Source of the DNA: Methanomassiliicoccaceae archaeon
GTDB lineage: Archaea > Thermoplasmatota > Thermoplasmata > Methanomassiliicoccales > Methanomassiliicoccaceae
Assembly: GCA_040776945.1 (NCBI GenBank)
Contig: JAXGZN010000002.1
Location: forward strand, 512,001-576,000
DNA: 64,000 nucleotides
Reading direction: 5' to 3'
Shown here piece by piece: positions 59,477 to 64,000 of the stretch. Both the position numbers and the translations under genes were made by a program. The notes beneath the pieces are model-generated. The model searched no databases and was not told where the DNA came from. It saw only the letters and a program-made list of their open reading frames with translations. The stretch's first letter is position 1. Every line of letters begins with the position of its first letter.

Positions 59477-60061
59477 GTGAAGCTCATCGATCGCCCGAAG
59501 TACGGTCCTTTGTTCCGCTTCGGAGATTATCATGTGTACAAGACCTTGTCGGTCCTCACCGATGGCAGGCGTAAAGGGCGAAAGCAGCTGGCCGATAGGA
59601 TCGGGGTCGGAGAGGGGAGCATGAGGACCATAGTCGACCATCTCCGGGAGGAGGGCCTGATCGATGTTAAGCAGACCGGCATCAAGATCAACAAGAAAGG
59701 TCAGGAGTTCATAGGCAGGCTGCCTCTGCAGGTCTACGTGCTCGACGTTCCCGAGATCACCCTGGGCCTCAGGTCGGTAGCGGTGCAGGTCAAGGGGGCA
59801 GCGCCCAAGATAAGCTCGGGGATGAAACAGCGTGACCAGGCCATAAAGGCCGGGGCCGACGGGGCCACGACCATAATAGTCCGGGGGGACCGGCTCACAG
59901 TGCCTGTGGACTATGACCTCGACAAGGAGCGTCCGGAGGTGGCGGCGGCCATCAGGCGGCTGTTCGACCTCTCCGATGATGATGTCATAATCATAGGCAC
60001 CTCCACCGAACTGCAGCGTGCCGAAGAGGGTGCCATGGCCGCCGCCTTCGACCTTATCTAA
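59477..60061 (+). CDS. wHTH regulator-like protein (DUF4443/DUF2111 type)
   Basis: [21 protein letters not shown]; [15 protein letters not shown]. Confidence 0.7.
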   Translation: MKLIDRPKYGPLFRFGDYHVYKTLSVLTDGRRKGRKQLADRIGVGEGSMRTIVDHLREEGLIDVKQTGIKINKKGQEFIGRLPLQVYVLDVPEITLGLRSVAVQVKGAAPKISSGMKQRDQAIKAGADGATTIIVRGDRLTVPVDYDLDKERPEVAAAIRRLFDLSDDDVIIIGTSTELQRAEEGAMAAAFDLI

Positions 60062-62127
60062 GGCCGCTTCAGCAGCTCAGGTAGGCCCAGAGGGTCAGCG
60101 GTCTCCGGCAGGCAGGCCGTCTCGGTGCATACGTGGGCCATTTCCTTCCCGTCCCTCATTCCCTGTCCCTGCGTCAAGGGGGAAAGGGCTCGCAGCCTTT
60201 CCCCCGCCCGGCCCGGCTCGTTTAGCAGGACCACCTTGTTGGGGACGAAGCGCGAGGAGAGCTGGTTATAGAACGCCCGGGTGCCCTCGGAGCCTCTAGG
60301 TCCGGAGATCACGATGGAGTATGACGGCCCCAGACGCATGTCCACGGCGTTCATCAGATGGGCGTGGTTCTCGGGGGAACCGAACACGGTCCCGGAGAAC
60401 GCGGCCATGGCGGCATCGGCCCTCTCCAAGTATTCCGGCTCCTCGGTGATGCGATATAGGACCAGAAGGTCCATTATCGAGACCGAGTTCCCCGATGGGA
60501 GAGCCCCGTCGTACACCTCCTTCCGCCGAGGCATCGGTCCGCTAGCTTCCCTTGCCTGCATGAATCCGCCCTCTTCAGCGTCCCAGAAGGCCGCCGTCGC
60601 CGTCCTCATGATGCTCATCGCCTCCTCCAGCCATCTAACGTCATGGTCCGCCTGGAACAGCTCTATCAATCCCCAGGCCATGAACGCATGGTCGTCCAGG
60701 AAACCCGGGACATCGGCCGGACCCTCCCGGTACATGTGCAGCAGAGAACCGTCAGGAGCGCGCATCCTGCCGAGGACATGCTCGGCTGCCCGTCTGGCGG
60801 CCTCCAAGTATCTTTCCTCCAGAAATGCGGCGTGCGCTCGGGCCAAGGCCGCTATCATCAGCCCGTTCCAGTCGGCCATTATCTTATCGTCAAGGGCCGG
60901 CCGGACCCTCTCCTCCCTGGCTGCCAGCAGCTTGCTTCTGATCGCTGGGTACATGGGGTCCGAGAGAGCGTCTGCCTGCGCTAGATGCAGAACACAATTG
61001 CCGCTCGGCCGCCCCTGGGGCGGCTCGCGTACATTGCCCTCTTTGCTGAGGCCGAAGAGCCTCCGTGCGGGATCAAGCTCTTCGGGGTCGAGGACCGATG
61101 CGGCCTGTTCCTCCGTCCACACGTAGTATCTCCCCTCCTCTCCTTCGCTGTCAGCATCCTCAGCAGAGTAGAACCCTCCCTCCGGGGAGGTCAGGCGGTC
61201 CAGCACATACCCGAGCACCTCATGCGCAGTCCGGGCATGCTCATCCTTGCCTGTGGCCTGCCATCCCTCGATATATGCAATGGCCAGGAGCGCTTGGTCG
61301 TACAGCATCTTCTCGAAATGGGGGACCATCCAGATCTGGTCGGTGGAGTATCGATGGAACCCCCCTCCGAGCTGGTCGTAAAGCCCTCCCCGCCTCATGG
61401 CGTCCAAGGTCCGATCGACCATCGACAGCGCCTTGGGGTCCCCGGTACGGTTCCAGTATCTCAGCAGGAAGGTCAAGCGGTGCGGGGTTGGGAACTTGGG
61501 AGCCCGTCCAAAGCCGCCATGCCGCTCGTCGAAGGCCCGCATGAGGTTCTGGAAGGCGGTCATCAGGTTTTCCTCCCCTAGGCTGAACCCCGCAGTGCTT
61601 CCCAGCCCTTCCCTTATTGCCTCGATGACCTTATCAGAGGATTCCTCCACCTCCTTCTTTCGCTCCTTCCATAACTGGGCGATCGCAGGCAGTATGGTGG
61701 TAAGCCCGGTCATCCCGCCCTTGTTCTCCTTCGGGAGGTAGGTAGCGGCAAAGAAAGGCTTCAACCCCGGCGTGAGCACCACGGTGAGAGGCCAGCCACC
61801 GCTCCCAAAGAGCATCTGGGCGGCGATCATGTACATCGAATCGACATCCGGCCTCTCCTCCCGGTCTACCTTCACCGGTACGAAGCTATCGTTCAACAGC
61901 CTGGCGATCTCCTCGTCCTCGAACGACTCCTCCTCCATTACATGGCACCAATGGCATGCCGAGTAGCCGATGGAAAGGAAGATCGGGCGGTCCAGGTCCA
62001 AAGCCCGCCTAAATGCCTCCTCCCCCCAAGGATACCAATCCACTGGATTGTGAGCATGCTGCCTGAGATATGGGCTCTTCTCGCCTATCAGCCGGTTAGG
62101 TCTCCTTTCGGCGACGCGGGGTTCCAT
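60058..62127 (-). CDS. YyaL/SSP411-like thioredoxin-domain protein (DUF255)
   Basis: [42 protein letters not shown]. Confidence 0.92.
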   Translation of the reverse strand: MEPRVAERRPNRLIGEKSPYLRQHAHNPVDWYPWGEEAFRRALDLDRPIFLSIGYSACHWCHVMEEESFEDEEIARLLNDSFVPVKVDREERPDVDSMYMIAAQMLFGSGGWPLTVVLTPGLKPFFAATYLPKENKGGMTGLTTILPAIAQLWKERKKEVEESSDKVIEAIREGLGSTAGFSLGEENLMTAFQNLMRAFDERHGGFGRAPKFPTPHRLTFLLRYWNRTGDPKALSMVDRTLDAMRRGGLYDQLGGGFHRYSTDQIWMVPHFEKMLYDQALLAIAYIEGWQATGKDEHARTAHEVLGYVLDRLTSPEGGFYSAEDADSEGEEGRYYVWTEEQAASVLDPEELDPARRLFGLSKEGNVREPPQGRPSGNCVLHLAQADALSDPMYPAIRSKLLAAREERVRPALDDKIMADWNGLMIAALARAHAAFLEERYLEAARRAAEHVLGRMRAPDGSLLHMYREGPADVPGFLDDHAFMAWGLIELFQADHDVRWLEEAMSIMRTATAAFWDAEEGGFMQAREASGPMPRRKEVYDGALPSGNSVSIMDLLVLYRITEEPEYLERADAAMAAFSGTVFGSPENHAHLMNAVDMRLGPSYSIVISGPRGSEGTRAFYNQLSSRFVPNKVVLLNEPGRAGERLRALSPLTQGQGMRDGKEMAHVCTETACLPETADPLGLPELLKRP

Positions 62128-62375
62128 GCGGGGGATATGGGACCATCAGGTAAGTAAAGGGAGGCGCTCAGGAAAATGATGCAAAATGGGTTGGGGGGAG
62201 GATCGCAATAGCGTGCTGTCCTCCCCCGGTCTTTCTCCTCCTCTCTCGCGTGCGGAAAGGCAGGCCTTCCGCAACGAACTCTCCTCGTAACAAGATTTTA
62301 TGCAACGATATATAAGGGTATCCGACCGTCGTATAAAATGGGGGAGTAAAAGGTTTGGGCGTTCGAATGCTCAGA

Positions 62376-63986
62376 TCAGGCCTGCAGAATGGCGGCCATG
62401 GTCCGGTTGGCCATCTGATCGAAGGTCTCTATCCCGGTTACCTTTCCGGCGTATTCTGAAAGGGCGGCGATGTCGTCCCTCCTAAGATATTCCAGCTTGA
62501 ACTTCCTTGAGCCGGCCATAAGCTGCTTGAGGCCCTCGCCTATCCTATCTTCCATATAGGTGTTCAGACCGACAGCTCCCCACGGAATGCTCTTTCCAAG
62601 CTTCTGGCCAGGGAACCTCCGTTGAAGCTCCGGTGCCTTGACGAAGAAGGTCTCAGGCTCGAAGGTGTACTGGTCGGAGAAGGACTTTGGCAGCTTGCGT
62701 GATTCGGCCAGGCGCGCGAAGTACTCGGACTTCATGACCGCCAGGATGGGAGCGCGGGCCATTCCGATGGCCTTGATCAGGGGGCCATCCCCAAGGTTGC
62801 TCATGGCCATGGACTTGTAGATCTGGGTCTCGTTGGTGAACCCTCCGGCGAACACCAGGTCCGGGACGAAGCGTCCCTGGTCCTTTAAGATCTTGGCGCA
62901 CGCGAGCACCTGGGCCTCCAGATGCACAGTGGGCGTGGACATCTCGTTCATCATGGGGACCGGGGACATCCCGGTGCCGCCGCCCGCGCCGTCGAACGTG
63001 AGCATGTCGATCTTGGCCTCCGACGCCGCCTTCATGGTGAAGGCCACGACCTCGGGGCGATACGCCCCGGTCTTCAGGAACACATGCCTGGCGCCGCTCT
63101 CTCTCAGACCTTCAACGTCCTCAACGAAAGAGCGGTGGTCGGGGAACCCGACCCGGCTGTGCCTTTCGAAGGTCTTGAAACCACCGGACCTGAAGGCCTC
63201 CTGGACCGATGGGTCCTCAGGATCGGGAAGGACGAGATAGCCGCGGCTCTTGAGTTCGATGGCCCGCTCGAGGGAGGAGATCCTTACCTCACCGCCGATG
63301 GCCTTGGCCCCTTGGCCCCACTTGCGCTCGATGATGTTGACCTCGAGCTTGGAGAGAGCATATTGGTCGACGCCCGCGCGGGTGTCCTCCACGTTGGTCT
63401 GGACAGCGATGTCTCCGAACTTCCCGTCCCATAAGGCTCGGAACGAAGAGATCCTGAACTCCAGGTCTGGGGACCGAACGACCTTACCGTCGGAATAGAT
63501 GGAATCGCGGTCCATGCCGCAAACGTTCTCGCCGACGGTCTCGATGATGCCGGAAAGGGCAGAGCCCTTGGCAAGACCGTCCCAGTTCCTTTTCGCCACG
63601 TCAGTGGAGCCTAGGCCTGGAATGACCAAAGGGACCTTTAGCTTGATGGGCCTCTTTGAGCGGCTGGCAACAGTGGTGGTAATGTCGGCGTTCTCGAAGA
63701 ACGCCTTGTCGGGGACCGGCTCGATGCCATGCGCCCCTATGAGCTCAGCAAGGATCTGGAAGTCAGACCAGTCCAGGTGGAAGTCCTTGTTGGAGGCGGC
63801 AGTGCTCTGGCCGAAGTACTCGGTGCTGGGGTAAAGGACCTCCCTTCCCCGGAAGGCGGACTTGCCGACCTCGCACACAGCGGGGCATTCCTCGACACAA
63901 AGAGGGCACATTCCCGACACGGGGCTGATGTCCTCCACTCGCGTTCTTGTTCCGGTCGTTGACCTTGCGTTCTCGATAGATTTCAT
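62376..63986 (-). CDS. FMN-binding glutamate synthase family protein
   Basis: SGMCPLC..C...CEVG, KWGQGAKAIGGE, FDGAGGGTGMSP, FAGG. Confidence 0.85.
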   Translation of the reverse strand: MKSIENARSTTGTRTRVEDISPVSGMCPLCVEECPAVCEVGKSAFRGREVLYPSTEYFGQSTAASNKDFHLDWSDFQILAELIGAHGIEPVPDKAFFENADITTTVASRSKRPIKLKVPLVIPGLGSTDVAKRNWDGLAKGSALSGIIETVGENVCGMDRDSIYSDGKVVRSPDLEFRISSFRALWDGKFGDIAVQTNVEDTRAGVDQYALSKLEVNIIERKWGQGAKAIGGEVRISSLERAIELKSRGYLVLPDPEDPSVQEAFRSGGFKTFERHSRVGFPDHRSFVEDVEGLRESGARHVFLKTGAYRPEVVAFTMKAASEAKIDMLTFDGAGGGTGMSPVPMMNEMSTPTVHLEAQVLACAKILKDQGRFVPDLVFAGGFTNETQIYKSMAMSNLGDGPLIKAIGMARAPILAVMKSEYFARLAESRKLPKSFSDQYTFEPETFFVKAPELQRRFPGQKLGKSIPWGAVGLNTYMEDRIGEGLKQLMAGSRKFKLEYLRRDDIAALSEYAGKVTGIETFDQMANRTMAAILQA

Positions 63987-64000
63987 AGCTTCATCCCCGA

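Overview
GC-rich archaeal chromosome segment, most likely from a Methanomassiliicoccales (Thermoplasmata) methanogen. The assignment rests on the methanogenesis-marker operon mmp3-6-5-15-17-7, an MtaA-type methyltransferase, the rpoE'/spt4/eS24/eS31 operon, several DUF835 genes and rpe. About 60 CDS, RNase P RNA, tRNA-Leu(GAG) and an intron-containing tRNA-Arg(CCG) were found; no CRISPR array, integrase or transposase was seen. The standout locus is about 12.1-16.5 kb. A 73-aa precursor with a signal peptide carries five identical IIPGIDPH repeats encoded by heavily synonymously diverged codons. It converges on a 896-aa wHTH-STAND NTPase-TPR regulator, and two DUF835 genes lie on that regulator's other side. 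The same palindrome GAGCATGCTC(AA) lies just upstream of the TATA box of both the peptide gene and the first DUF835 gene. This looks like an undescribed archaeal peptide-signalling (quorum-sensing-like) system, which is an inference. Other oddities are two apparent CUG starts in CTGA stop/start overlaps, an IleRS-HhH-Zn-DUF835 fusion, an AcnX-small-subunit-Nudix fusion, an orphan tRNA 3' end, small unannotated ORFs and frequent TAG stops. All family calls come from motif recognition by eye, not from database searches.
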